In this document: positions 9,599 to 18,577 of the stretch, piece by piece
Layout: every line of letters starts with the position of its first letter
How positions within the stretch are numbered: the first letter of the stretch is position 1
DNA from: Verrucomicrobiales bacterium
Lineage (GTDB): Bacteria; Verrucomicrobiota; Verrucomicrobiia; Verrucomicrobiales; V1-33
Length of the DNA: 64,000 bases
Assembly (NCBI GenBank): GCA_031411295.1
Contig: JANOAV010000083.1
Coordinates: 48,381-112,380, forward strand
Reading direction: 5' to 3'
Notes under the pieces: generated by a model
Databases searched by the model: none
Seen by the model: only the letters and a program-made list of their open reading frames with translations
Told to the model about the DNA's origin: nothing
Program-made: the position numbers and the translations under genes

Positions 9599-12286
9599 AT
9601 GAAAACAGCAAATAAAGTCTGGCTCACCCTGGCTGTTTCACTGCTGCTGGTTGCGGTAGGAACCATCGCGTTATTCCGGGCTTATCGGCAGATCGAGGGT
9701 GCCGCTGAGCTGAGGCAGCGGACGCACGTTATCATCAGTCAGGCCCAGGATTTGTTGTCTGAGATCAAGGATGCAGAAACCGGGCAGCGTGGCTATGCCA
9801 TTACTGGTGACGAGGCATTTCTAGAACCCTATCTTAAGGTGCAAGGCGGGCTCCAGGAAAATCTAGAGGATTTGCGTCTCCTGACGATGATCCCGCAGGG
9901 TCAGGCCCATTTGGACGAAGTGAGGCCCTTGATAGCGGCTAAATTGACGCACATGGCAAAGGTCATTGAGCAGCGACGGCAGAATAACTCTGCGGCGGTG
10001 GTCGCTCTGGTCAGCAAGGGAGAAGGAATGGAACTGATGGACTCCATCCGTGAGCACATGAGCGCTTTCCATCAAATCGAGGAGGCTGCATTGGCTCAGC
10101 GTGAAGTTGAGTTTCAGGAAAAACTCCGCCACCTCCTAGCTACCATTGTGCTGGCCACTCTGCTCACGCTAGTGCTAGCATTGTTGTTCGCTTGGTTCAC
10201 CTATCGGGACACTCGGCATCAGCTGAAGAACCTGGTTCATCTCGAAACCCTGCACCTACTCGGAGAGCAGAAGTTGTTGAGCCATCAACTGTGGCAGGCC
10301 AACGCGACCTTGCAGATTAGCGAAGAGAAGCTTGGCGTTACGCTAAACTCCATTGGTGATGCCGTCATCGCGACCGATGCGGATGCGCGCATTACCCTAT
10401 TGAACCCCCTGGCAGAGAAGCTCACTGGCTGGACGCAAGCGGAAGCCCGCGGGCACCCGGTCAGCGAGATCTTTAACATTATCAATAAAGCCAGCCGTCG
10501 GCCCGCCACGATTCCTGTCATCGAGACGTTGCAACAAGGCACCGTCGTTGGCTTGGCCAACCACACGGTCCTAATTTCACGGACTGGCAGCGAGTGTGAC
10601 ATCGCAGACAGTTGCGCCCCCATTCGGGACCGCGAGGGGGCGGTGATCGGGGCGGTGCTGGTGTTTCGGGATGTCACCGGAGAATACGCGGCCCACCAGG
10701 CCTTGCACGACCAGCAGTTCTATACGCGCTCTTTAATTGAATCGAATATTGACGCCTTAATGACGACCGACCCTGCTGGAATCATCACCGACGTGAACCA
10801 GCAGATGGAAGCACTGACCGGGCGTTCCCGCACTGAATTGATCGGCACGCCATTCAAAAACTACTTCACTAATCCAGCGCTAGCAGAGGCAGGCATCAAC
10901 CTTGTCCTTACCAAGGGCAAAGTGACGGACTATGAACTCACGGCCCGAGCCAAGGATGGGAAGGAAACGACCGTGTCCTATAACGCTACAACTTTCCATG
11001 ATCGGGATCGCATCCTTCAAGGGGTCTTCGCAGCCGCCCGTGATGTCACTGAGCGCAAGCACTTGGATCGTGTGTTGCACGAGAACACCCTGGAACTTGA
11101 AGCCGCCAAAGCGGTCGCGGAGAAAGCAAATTTGGCGAAGTCAGATTTCTTGTCCAGCATGAGTCACGAGTTGCGCTCTCCGCTCAATGCCATCTTGGGC
11201 TTTGCGCAATTGATGGATTCTGACGAACCGCCACCCACCAGCACGCAAAAGGGCAGCATCGATCAGATCCTCCATGCCGGATGGTATTTGCTGGAGTTGA
11301 TTAACGAAATTTTGGATTTGGCGGTGGTCGAATCCGGGCGCTTGGCACTTTCCTTGGAGGCGGTTTCGCTCCCGGAAGTGATTCTCGAATGCCAAGCCAT
11401 GATCGAACCCCAAGCGCTCAAGCGCGGCATTACCATAACCTTTCCCAAGTTTGCGAAGCCTTGCTACATCAAGGCCGACCACACGCGGGTGAAGCAAGTT
11501 CTCATCAACCTACTGTCGAATGCCATTAAATATAACAAAACAGGAGGCTCCGTCACCCTGACCTGCATTCCCAGTGACGAGAGCTTTATTCGCCTCTGCG
11601 TCAAAGATACGGGAGTGGGACTGTCCGCGCAGAATCTGGCGCAGTTGTTTCAACCTTTCAACAGACTGGGACAGGAGGCAGGGGGCGAGGAGGGCACCGG
11701 CATCGGGCTAGTAGTTAGCAAACGCCTGGTCGAACTCATGCAGGGCCGCATTGGCGTGGAAAGCACGGTGGATGCAGGCAGTAATTTCTGGATTGAATTG
11801 GTGGTGGAAAATGATCCCCACGCCGCCTACATCAAAGCCGCACTGGCGCAACCCGTGGGGGCTCTGCCGACCACCGCCGCCCGCTCGCGACTCCTGCTCT
11901 ACGTGGAGGATAATCCAGCCAATCTGAAGCTGATTGAACAACTCATCGCGCGTCGCCCGGACATGCGCTTGCTCACCGCCCAGAACGGGCGCGATGGCAT
12001 TAGCCTGGCCCGAGTTCATTTACCGGAGGTGATCCTCATGGACATCAATTTACCTGGCATCAATGGCATCGAAGCCATGAAGATCCTCCGGGCAGATCCG
12101 ACCACCCAGCACATTCCCATTGTAGCTCTGAGCGCCAATGCCATGCCGCAGGACATTGAGAATGGGATTGCGGCGGGCTTTTTCCGTTACCTCACCAAGC
12201 CCATCAAGGTGTCGGAATTCATGGAAACATTGAATGTTGCGTTGGATCACGCTGCCACCACAACCAAACCACCAATAGATTCATGA
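9599..12286 (+). CDS. CHASE3-PAS-PAS hybrid histidine kinase
   Basis: TM, DAETGQRGYAITGDEAFLEPY (CHASE3), TM, then a core very similar to 7039-9585. Confidence 0.92.
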   Translation: MKTANKVWLTLAVSLLLVAVGTIALFRAYRQIEGAAELRQRTHVIISQAQDLLSEIKDAETGQRGYAITGDEAFLEPYLKVQGGLQENLEDLRLLTMIPQGQAHLDEVRPLIAAKLTHMAKVIEQRRQNNSAAVVALVSKGEGMELMDSIREHMSAFHQIEEAALAQREVEFQEKLRHLLATIVLATLLTLVLALLFAWFTYRDTRHQLKNLVHLETLHLLGEQKLLSHQLWQANATLQISEEKLGVTLNSIGDAVIATDADARITLLNPLAEKLTGWTQAEARGHPVSEIFNIINKASRRPATIPVIETLQQGTVVGLANHTVLISRTGSECDIADSCAPIRDREGAVIGAVLVFRDVTGEYAAHQALHDQQFYTRSLIESNIDALMTTDPAGIITDVNQQMEALTGRSRTELIGTPFKNYFTNPALAEAGINLVLTKGKVTDYELTARAKDGKETTVSYNATTFHDRDRILQGVFAAARDVTERKHLDRVLHENTLELEAAKAVAEKANLAKSDFLSSMSHELRSPLNAILGFAQLMDSDEPPPTSTQKGSIDQILHAGWYLLELINEILDLAVVESGRLALSLEAVSLPEVILECQAMIEPQALKRGITITFPKFAKPCYIKADHTRVKQVLINLLSNAIKYNKTGGSVTLTCIPSDESFIRLCVKDTGVGLSAQNLAQLFQPFNRLGQEAGGEEGTGIGLVVSKRLVELMQGRIGVESTVDAGSNFWIELVVENDPHAAYIKAALAQPVGALPTTAARSRLLLYVEDNPANLKLIEQLIARRPDMRLLTAQNGRDGISLARVHLPEVILMDINLPGINGIEAMKILRADPTTQHIPIVALSANAMPQDIENGIAAGFFRYLTKPIKVSEFMETLNVALDHAATTTKPPIDS

Positions 12287-12777
12287 GCGCCACCATTCCC
12301 ATCGTTCAACGTCCTCACGCTCAGCCCATGGCGCTAGTCGGATGGATACTATTATCCCTCTCGGCCTCGTTGGGAGGGGTGTTCATTTCCCTTGGGGAAT
12401 GGTATGCCCGCCTCCATAAACCAACATGGAATCCACCCGCATGGGTTTTCGGACCTGCTTGGACACTGCTCTATGTGATGATGGGGGTGGCCGCATGGTT
12501 GATCTGGAGAGAAGGCGGGTGGCGCGAGCGACGACGCCCTTTGATATTGTTTCTCATACAATGGTTTCTCAATGCATTGTGGACACCGCTGTTCTTCGGT
12601 CTGCATCAGCCCGGGCTGGCCTTTGCTGAGATGGTCCTATTATGGCTGATGGTCGCACTGACTGTATTTGTATTTTGGCAAATTCGTCGCTCCGCCGGGC
12701 TCTTGCTGCTGCCCTATCTGGCATGGATCACCTTTGCCGCAGTGCTCAATTTCACCATCTGGCGCATGAATCTCTGA
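12283..12777 (+). CDS. tspO: TspO/MBR tryptophan-rich sensory protein
   Basis: WYARLHKPTWNPPAWVFGPAWTLLY, LNALWTPLFFG, LLLPYLAW. Confidence 0.92.
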   Translation: MSATIPIVQRPHAQPMALVGWILLSLSASLGGVFISLGEWYARLHKPTWNPPAWVFGPAWTLLYVMMGVAAWLIWREGGWRERRRPLILFLIQWFLNALWTPLFFGLHQPGLAFAEMVLLWLMVALTVFVFWQIRRSAGLLLLPYLAWITFAAVLNFTIWRMNL

Positions 12778-12833
12778 AGCGGGAGCGCAGCATCCACGGC
12801 GTCTAGCAATCGAAAGAAAATGAAGTAACCTGC

Positions 12834-13388
12834 ATGAAAACTCCACCCTCCGCCACCCCGCCGCCAAAGGATCACCATCTTCGTTTCCATAAACCGCATA
12901 GTCATCTGAATCCAGTCTTCGGTCCAGATTGGTTTGCGCTCAAGGCCGAAGCCTTCGCTCGCTTTTTCGGCACGCCGTTATTCCTCGGCGCACAGACGTT
13001 AGCGGTTGCGATGTGGATCGCGCTGAATGCGTCCGGGGTCTTCCATTTCGATGTTTATCCGTTCATTTTGTTAAACCTCGCGTTCAGCCTTCAGGCAGCC
13101 TACGCAGCACCGCTCATTTTACTCGCCCAGACGCGTCAAGCAGATCGGGACAAAGCCCACGCTGAAGCAGATGCCCTGCATCGCGAGGATCTGGCCCAAA
13201 CCAATGAAACACGTCTGATCCAAGCGGCTGAGCAAGCCGCTCTAATGGTAAAACTCCTGGAGCAAAACACCCAACTCACTGAGCTGACGCAGCAAATGAC
13301 GGAACGCGTTGAAACCCTGACCAAGGAGCTACATGCACACGTGGTCAGGGTTGGGGGGAATGCATCCACTCCAAGTTCAGCAATCTAG
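12834..13388 (+). CDS. DUF1003 membrane protein
   Basis: FDVYPFILLNLAFSLQAAYAAPLILLAQTRQADRDK. Confidence 0.88.
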   Translation: MKTPPSATPPPKDHHLRFHKPHSHLNPVFGPDWFALKAEAFARFFGTPLFLGAQTLAVAMWIALNASGVFHFDVYPFILLNLAFSLQAAYAAPLILLAQTRQADRDKAHAEADALHREDLAQTNETRLIQAAEQAALMVKLLEQNTQLTELTQQMTERVETLTKELHAHVVRVGGNASTPSSAI

Positions 13389-13393
13389 CCCGC

Positions 13394-14356
13394 TCAGAAA
13401 TTTGTGAGATAGGCTCGATAAAATCGTTTCGGCCCGGTGGCCAAATTGGCGGGATGCGTGAAGGACCAAGTGTCCGTGATAGGCGTATCCGTCGCGATCG
13501 TGGTCCAAATGTCGGTGTTCATGTCGGTGCTCGTTTGCAGGATTAATTTGAAGAACGGAGTGGTGTTGACGCTGACCGAGACAGCCCCTGCGTTCGTCCT
13601 CGACACTGCTGTGAATCGTGGATTACCAGGCGTCGGCAGGTCTCCACCATTGCCATTGAAAGTGACTCCCGCGGTAAACGCCAGCGCCCGCCCATTAATG
13701 TTACTGCTAGTTCCCATGGTAATCGCCTGATCCGCCATGATGGTTCCTTGGAACGAGGCAAAGGTGCCGATGACAGCCGAGGATCCAACCTGCCAAAAGA
13801 CGTTGCGCGCCTGAGCTCCTCCTACTAGCAGGATCTTCATCCCGCTGACAAGCTGCAAATCGGCGGCACATTGAAAGATCCAAACATCATTAGCTCCACC
13901 AGTCAGGGTAAGATCGGCCCCAATGACCAGAGTCGTGCTGGTGATTTTATACAGACCAGGAACCAAGTTCAAGCCACCGAGGTTGCCCGACCCTGGATTC
14001 AGGAAGGGTCCTGAGGGCACCGGGGTGCGCCCCGCCGCCGCATTGTAAGCTGTCGTGAGATCTCCCTTAGCCGTGAGCAGCAACGCGGCATCAATGATGG
14101 ATCCTGCTGGCCCCGCTGCATCCACCGCGTAGATGTGTCCATTTACCTGCGCCTGCGTTAGGTGAATGGCAGCTCCAGAAATGGGACTGGCTCCAACATC
14201 GCCATTGATAATACCGCCGCCAGTCGTTGTAATCGTTGCGCCCGCTAAAATTGTGAAATGAGCCGCTGAGCCCAGATCAATGGGGGCGGGACCGTCGGCT
14301 AGGAGTAATCCCGTCATGGCGCAGTAAGCCAGAGCGGGAGAAAAGAGTGATTTCAT
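13394..14356 (-). CDS. Ice-binding protein (DUF3494), secreted, copy 1
   Basis: IDLGSAAHFTILAG, PGLYK, VWIFQ, GGAQARNVFWQVGSSA, NGRALA. Confidence 0.9.
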   Translation of the reverse strand: MKSLFSPALAYCAMTGLLLADGPAPIDLGSAAHFTILAGATITTTGGGIINGDVGASPISGAAIHLTQAQVNGHIYAVDAAGPAGSIIDAALLLTAKGDLTTAYNAAAGRTPVPSGPFLNPGSGNLGGLNLVPGLYKITSTTLVIGADLTLTGGANDVWIFQCAADLQLVSGMKILLVGGAQARNVFWQVGSSAVIGTFASFQGTIMADQAITMGTSSNINGRALAFTAGVTFNGNGGDLPTPGNPRFTAVSRTNAGAVSVSVNTTPFFKLILQTSTDMNTDIWTTIATDTPITDTWSFTHPANLATGPKRFYRAYLTNF

Positions 14357-14453
14357 GGTTTGTATTTTTTGGATTAGAGAAACAAGGTAGTTCGAAACCT
14401 TACCCCAACGTGGGGACACAGGACCGCCAACACCTCCAAGCTACCACTGCGGC

Positions 14454-14726
14454 ATGATCGTCGCTATGGGGTCTTCACCCACCAGGGATCGCATTGGGGA
14501 GTTGTGGATTAGTCATCAGAAGGCGGAGATCATTGTTGCCGCAAGGCATCAGGAAAACGTCAGCCAGCTGTGGAGCCAAGCCACCAGCGGGGCCGAAGTC
14601 CGGTTTTACAACCAAATCATTGATCGTATTCAGGATGCTTCATCCCTGCTCATATTCGGACCAGATGAGGCTAAATCTGAGCTGCTACTACGCTTGGAAC
14701 TTTTATCTCCCAAGCGGCATTTCTGA
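14454..14726 (+). pseudogene. Degenerate duplicate of the 16394-16777 gene
   Basis: WISHQKAEIIVAARHQE..IQDASSLLIFGPDEAKSEL nearly identical; internal and C-terminal deletions. Confidence 0.65.
14466..14480 (-). promoter_or_regulatory. Regulon box GGGTGAAGACCCCAT; putative -10 TAGCTT at 14443-14438
   Basis: Upstream of ice-binding copy 1; 22 nt spacing. Confidence 0.65.
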
Positions 14727-14753
14727 CCAGCGTATCCGGTCGAGAACCTACTT

Positions 14754-14767
14754 GGGGTGCACCCCAT
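14754..14767 (+). promoter_or_regulatory. Regulon box GGGGTGCACCCCAT, orphan relic of duplication
   Basis: Same position relative to the duplicate as the 16761 box; no co-oriented gene or -10 follows. Confidence 0.5.
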
Positions 14768-14815
14768 AGTCGCCTTTACAGGGTATGAAGTGGCAGCGCC
14801 AACAAAGGAGCACCT

Positions 14816-15772
14816 CTAAAGATTCGTTAGATAGGCCCGATAGAATCTCTTCGGCCCTGTGGCCTGGCTCGCGGGATGCGTGTAGGACCATGAATCCAAG
14901 CTTGGCGTGTCCGTCGTGACCGTGGTCCACACGTCCGCATTCATGTCCATGCTTGTTTGCAATATTAGTTTAAAAAACGGAGTGGTCTTAACGGTCAGGG
15001 ACACCTCCCCAAGCGTGTTTCTAGAGATGTGAGTGAAGGATGGATTGGCGGGCGTAGGCAGGTCTCCACCATTGCCATTGAAAGTGACTCCAGCGGTAAA
15101 CGCCAGCGCCCGACCATTCATGGCGCTGCTAGTTCCCATGGTGATTGCTTGGTCGGCCATGATGGTGCCGTTAAATGTGGCGAAGGTTCCGATGACGGCG
15201 GAGGTGCCAACCTGCCAGTAAATATTCCGCGCCTGCGCGCCCCCTGCGAGCAGCACGCGAATGCCGCTTCCCAATTGGAGGTCCGCCGCGCATTGGAAGA
15301 TCCAGACATCATTGGCACCACCAGTTAGGGTCAGGTCTGATCCCGTTATCAAGGTGGTTCCAGTAAATTTATAAAGCCCAGGAATCAGATTTAACCCGCC
15401 AATGTTACCTGCTCCGGGATTTAGAAACGGTCCAGAAGGAGTCGGCATGCGCCCAGCCGCCGCATTGTAAGCTGTCTTGAGATCTCCCTTGGCTGTGAGT
15501 AACAGCGCGGCATCAATGATGGAGCCGGCCGGACCACCCGCATCCACCGCGTAGATGTGTCCGTTTACCTGAGCCTGGGTCAGATGAATAGCCGTTCCGG
15601 AAATCGGGCTGGCCCCAATGTCCCCGTTAATAATGCCACCACCGGTGGTAGTGATGGCCGCACCTGCCAGGATGGTGAAATGAGCCGCTGAGCCCAGATC
15701 AATGGGTGCCGGGCCATCGGCCAGGGCGATTCCCGCCAAGGAGAAACTTAGAGCCAAAAATAGTGATTTCAT
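14816..15772 (-). CDS. Ice-binding protein (DUF3494), secreted, copy 2
   Basis: Same motifs as copy 1; collinear paralogue. Confidence 0.9.
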   Translation of the reverse strand: MKSLFLALSFSLAGIALADGPAPIDLGSAAHFTILAGAAITTTGGGIINGDIGASPISGTAIHLTQAQVNGHIYAVDAGGPAGSIIDAALLLTAKGDLKTAYNAAAGRMPTPSGPFLNPGAGNIGGLNLIPGLYKFTGTTLITGSDLTLTGGANDVWIFQCAADLQLGSGIRVLLAGGAQARNIYWQVGTSAVIGTFATFNGTIMADQAITMGTSSAMNGRALAFTAGVTFNGNGGDLPTPANPSFTHISRNTLGEVSLTVKTTPFFKLILQTSMDMNADVWTTVTTDTPSLDSWSYTHPASQATGPKRFYRAYLTNL

Positions 15773-15805
15773 GAGATTGGTGTGGTGTATGGTGAGTGGG
15801 GGCAG

Positions 15806-16237
15806 TTAGTTGATTCGATCAAGTTCCAACAAATGCGTGCGGAGCGGAGGCAGCAGTTCGTTTCCGATGATGATTTTTGCAGCCTCCGGCATCTCGGGAT
15901 TGGCCAGGGCTGCTTCATATTCGCTGACGCCGTGCTCCTCACCGCGTTTCAAGATTGCCAACGCCGGGGATTCACCGATGAGCGCAGCACCCGCCTCCAG
16001 GACCATCGCAAAATCTCCCCAGAGACCGGATTCCGTGGAAGGATCCCCGCCTGCGTCTTTGACGAGTCTGCGCAGTATGGTTGCACTAGCGAGATGATCC
16101 TTCCGGATGGTGTTCAAGCAACCCATGCGGGCATCCTCGGGAAATTTGTGGATCGCTTGGCTGTAGGTCTCAATAGCGGCCAGTTCACCCCGCAGGAGTG
16201 AATCGCAGGTGGCAATCGTTTTATCGTGAATAGTCAT
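15806..16237 (-). CDS. DUF2383/PA2169 ferritin-like four-helix bundle
   Basis: LLRGELAAIETYSQAI, PSTESGLWG, LKRGEEHGVSEY. Confidence 0.8.
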   Translation of the reverse strand: MTIHDKTIATCDSLLRGELAAIETYSQAIHKFPEDARMGCLNTIRKDHLASATILRRLVKDAGGDPSTESGLWGDFAMVLEAGAALIGESPALAILKRGEEHGVSEYEAALANPEMPEAAKIIIGNELLPPLRTHLLELDRIN

Positions 16238-16310
16238 GAGGTTGGGATGGTTTACTCTGGCCAGCCGGCTGGAGAATTCGATTACAATACTCCGCGCCCC
16301 GCACGATCCT

Positions 16311-16324
16311 ATGGGGTGTAACCC
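16311..16324 (-). promoter_or_regulatory. Regulon box GGGTTACACCCCAT; putative -10 TATTGT at 16289-16284
   Basis: Upstream of DUF2383/ice-binding copy 2; 21 nt spacing. Confidence 0.75.
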
Positions 16325-16352
16325 GACCATGACGACCCCGCTGAAGGAATTG

Positions 16353-16367
16353 GGGAGATCACCCCAT
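16353..16367 (+). promoter_or_regulatory. Regulon box GGGAGATCACCCCAT
   Basis: Divergent partner of the 16311 box, upstream of 16394; no clear -10 at 21-22 nt. Confidence 0.55.
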
Positions 16368-16393
16368 GGCAGGAACGGACGCACTATGGCTTA

Positions 16394-16777
16394 ATGGCAC
16401 CCATGAACACGAACATCGGACTTTGGATAAACCATCAGAAAGCAGAAATCATCGTTGCTGCCAAACACCAAGAGCAAGTGACCGTGCTCTGGAACAAGGC
16501 CAGCACCGAGCAACGTGGTCCATCCGCCCGTAAGCTGGCGCAATTTTATAAGGAAATCATCGCACAGATTCAAGACGCTTCCTCCCTGCTAATTTTCGGG
16601 CCGGATGATGCTAAGTCAGAGCTGCAACTGCGACTCGAAATCCTGCGGCCCAAGGCGCGCACAGTCAACGTGGAGGACACTGCCATCATGACCGCACGGG
16701 AAATCATGCTGAAGGTGCGTGGGCACTTTCGGTCAGCTTACGAAACGGTGGAGCAGTTTGGGGTGAACACCCCATAG
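16394..16777 (+). CDS. Hypothetical, eRF1-domain-2/baeRF-like ('host attachment' type)
   Basis: GLWINHQKA..FYKEII..LLIFGPDDAKSEL pattern; alternative start 16403. Confidence 0.55.
   Translation: MAPMNTNIGLWINHQKAEIIVAAKHQEQVTVLWNKASTEQRGPSARKLAQFYKEIIAQIQDASSLLIFGPDDAKSELQLRLEILRPKARTVNVEDTAIMTAREIMLKVRGHFRSAYETVEQFGVNTP
16761..16775 (+). promoter_or_regulatory. Regulon box GGGTGAACACCCCAT; putative -10 CACAGT at 16798-16803
   Basis: Upstream of the 16835 operon; 22 nt spacing. Confidence 0.65.
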
Positions 16778-16834
16778 CCGAAAGCGACGATCCTCCGCAC
16801 AGTCCCATAGGCTTAACAAAAAAAGATCCAACTT

Positions 16835-17344
16835 ATGTCCCACCAATCCACCGTCGCCATCTATCACACTCACGCCGAAGCAGAATCAGCCGTCAAAGCA
16901 CTGGAGCATTCCGGCTTCGACATGACCCAACTATCCATCGTGGGCCAAGGCTATCACACGGAGGAAAATGTGATTGGCTACTACAACACCGGAGACCGCA
17001 TCAAGGCCTGGGGCAGCGCAGGAGCCTTTTGGGGCGGCATCTGGGGGCTGCTGTTTGGTTCCGCTTTCTTCATGATTCCGGGCGTCGGCCCCCTGTTTGT
17101 GGCTGGTCCGCTTGTCAGTTGGATCGTTGGCGTGCTGGAGGGCGCAGTCGTGTTAGGTGCGGCCGGAGCGCTGGGAGCAGGACTTTTCAGCATCGGCATT
17201 CCAAAAGATAGCATTGTGCAATATGAAACGGCCCTCAAGGCCGGGAAGTTCCTCGTCATCGCCCACAGCACCCCGGAGGCCTTGGCTCAGGCCCGCAGCA
17301 TTCTGGAAGGTTCCGCACCAGATACCCTCCATCACCATTCCTAA
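16835..17344 (+). CDS. General stress protein (YflT-like) membrane protein
   Basis: AESAVKALEHSGFDMTQLSIVG, WGGIWGLLFG, glycine zipper, YETALKAGKFLV. Confidence 0.8.
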   Translation: MSHQSTVAIYHTHAEAESAVKALEHSGFDMTQLSIVGQGYHTEENVIGYYNTGDRIKAWGSAGAFWGGIWGLLFGSAFFMIPGVGPLFVAGPLVSWIVGVLEGAVVLGAAGALGAGLFSIGIPKDSIVQYETALKAGKFLVIAHSTPEALAQARSILEGSAPDTLHHHS

Positions 17345-17347
17345 GCC

Positions 17348-18145
17348 ATGGCCATGCGACTCACCGCGCAGGATGTCTTGGACCGCTGGGAAAATGAAGG
17401 CGGCTCAAAAATGCCTAAATCAAATCAACCAACTACAATTATGCTATTCAACACCAAAGATCTAAAGGGCACAAAACTCCTCGCCACCAATGGTGAGATC
17501 GGCCACATCCACGATGTTTATTTCGACGATCAAACGTGGGAACTTCGCTACCTGGTGGTGGACACAGGGGGCTGGCTAACCGGCCGCCAAGTGTTGCTCT
17601 CCCCACAAAGTTTCGGCAGCTATCACCCTGAAACCGAAACGCTGTGCATCAACTTACTGAAGCAACAAATCGAAGCGAGCCCGCCTACCGAGTTGCACCA
17701 ACCCGTTTCCCGCCAATACGAGGAGGCTTACTACCGCTACTACGGATGGCCAGCCTATTGGAATGGCGATGCCTTGACTGGGCTGGGCGCTTATCCCATC
17801 CTACTTCCGCCCACAGATGCAGAGATTGCAGTCCGCAAACAACAGGTGAAAGACCGTGAACTGCATTTGCGCAGTGCCGACGCGGTGACAGGCTATGCGA
17901 TCGAAGCCATTGACGGCACCATCGGTCACGTTAGTGGATTTCTGCTGGAAGAACGAGACTGGCGCATTCACGACGTCGTGGTGGAGACCGGGCATTGGTA
18001 TTCCGGCAAGGAAGTTCTCATTCCTACAGAGGACATCAAACGCATCAGCTATGATGATTCCAAGGTTTTCGTCACCATCTCACGAGAGCAGATTAAGCAC
18101 ACCGCCAAGCATCATGAGGTCAAGCCTGCGATTACTTCAATTTAA
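17348..18145 (+). CDS. Double PRC-barrel domain protein
   Basis: ATNGEIGHIHDVYFDDQTWELRYLVVDTGGWL and a second similar repeat; alternative start 17441. Confidence 0.88.
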   Translation: MAMRLTAQDVLDRWENEGGSKMPKSNQPTTIMLFNTKDLKGTKLLATNGEIGHIHDVYFDDQTWELRYLVVDTGGWLTGRQVLLSPQSFGSYHPETETLCINLLKQQIEASPPTELHQPVSRQYEEAYYRYYGWPAYWNGDALTGLGAYPILLPPTDAEIAVRKQQVKDRELHLRSADAVTGYAIEAIDGTIGHVSGFLLEERDWRIHDVVVETGHWYSGKEVLIPTEDIKRISYDDSKVFVTISREQIKHTAKHHEVKPAITSI

Positions 18146-18157
18146 CGCCACCCTGCT

Positions 18158-18559
18158 ATGAAAACTGAAGTTTCACCATCCGGTCACATCACGACAAATG
18201 GCATCGGTATTGGCACTGTTAGTCCTGAAATGGTCCGGCAGCGCGCCTCGGAATTGGCCGTCATCAATGGGCGTGCCATTAACGACGCGTGGCCCAGTGA
18301 TCTGGACCAAGCGCAACGAGAGTTGACCGGAGCGGGACCGGATGATGAGCCAACGGATATCATTAGCACAGAGCCGGAAGCTGATGCGTGGAATCCTGTC
18401 CCAGGCTCGGTCGGGCATCAAGTGCCTGATGGCAGTGCGACTGACGAGGAGGAATGGCAAGTGGACAGCGTTCGCCTTGTCGAAGAAGGCATTGCCGAGG
18501 CAGAGCATGATCAAATGGTGCGGGCCATGGAGCAGAAAACTCGGGACAATACCGAATAG
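18158..18559 (+). CDS. Hypothetical acidic protein, DUF2934-like N-terminus
   Basis: MVRQRASELAVINGR...DLDQAQREL; tight operon spacing. Confidence 0.6.
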   Translation: MKTEVSPSGHITTNGIGIGTVSPEMVRQRASELAVINGRAINDAWPSDLDQAQRELTGAGPDDEPTDIISTEPEADAWNPVPGSVGHQVPDGSATDEEEWQVDSVRLVEEGIAEAEHDQMVRAMEQKTRDNTE

Positions 18560-18577
18560 GCACTAACCGTTCCAAGT

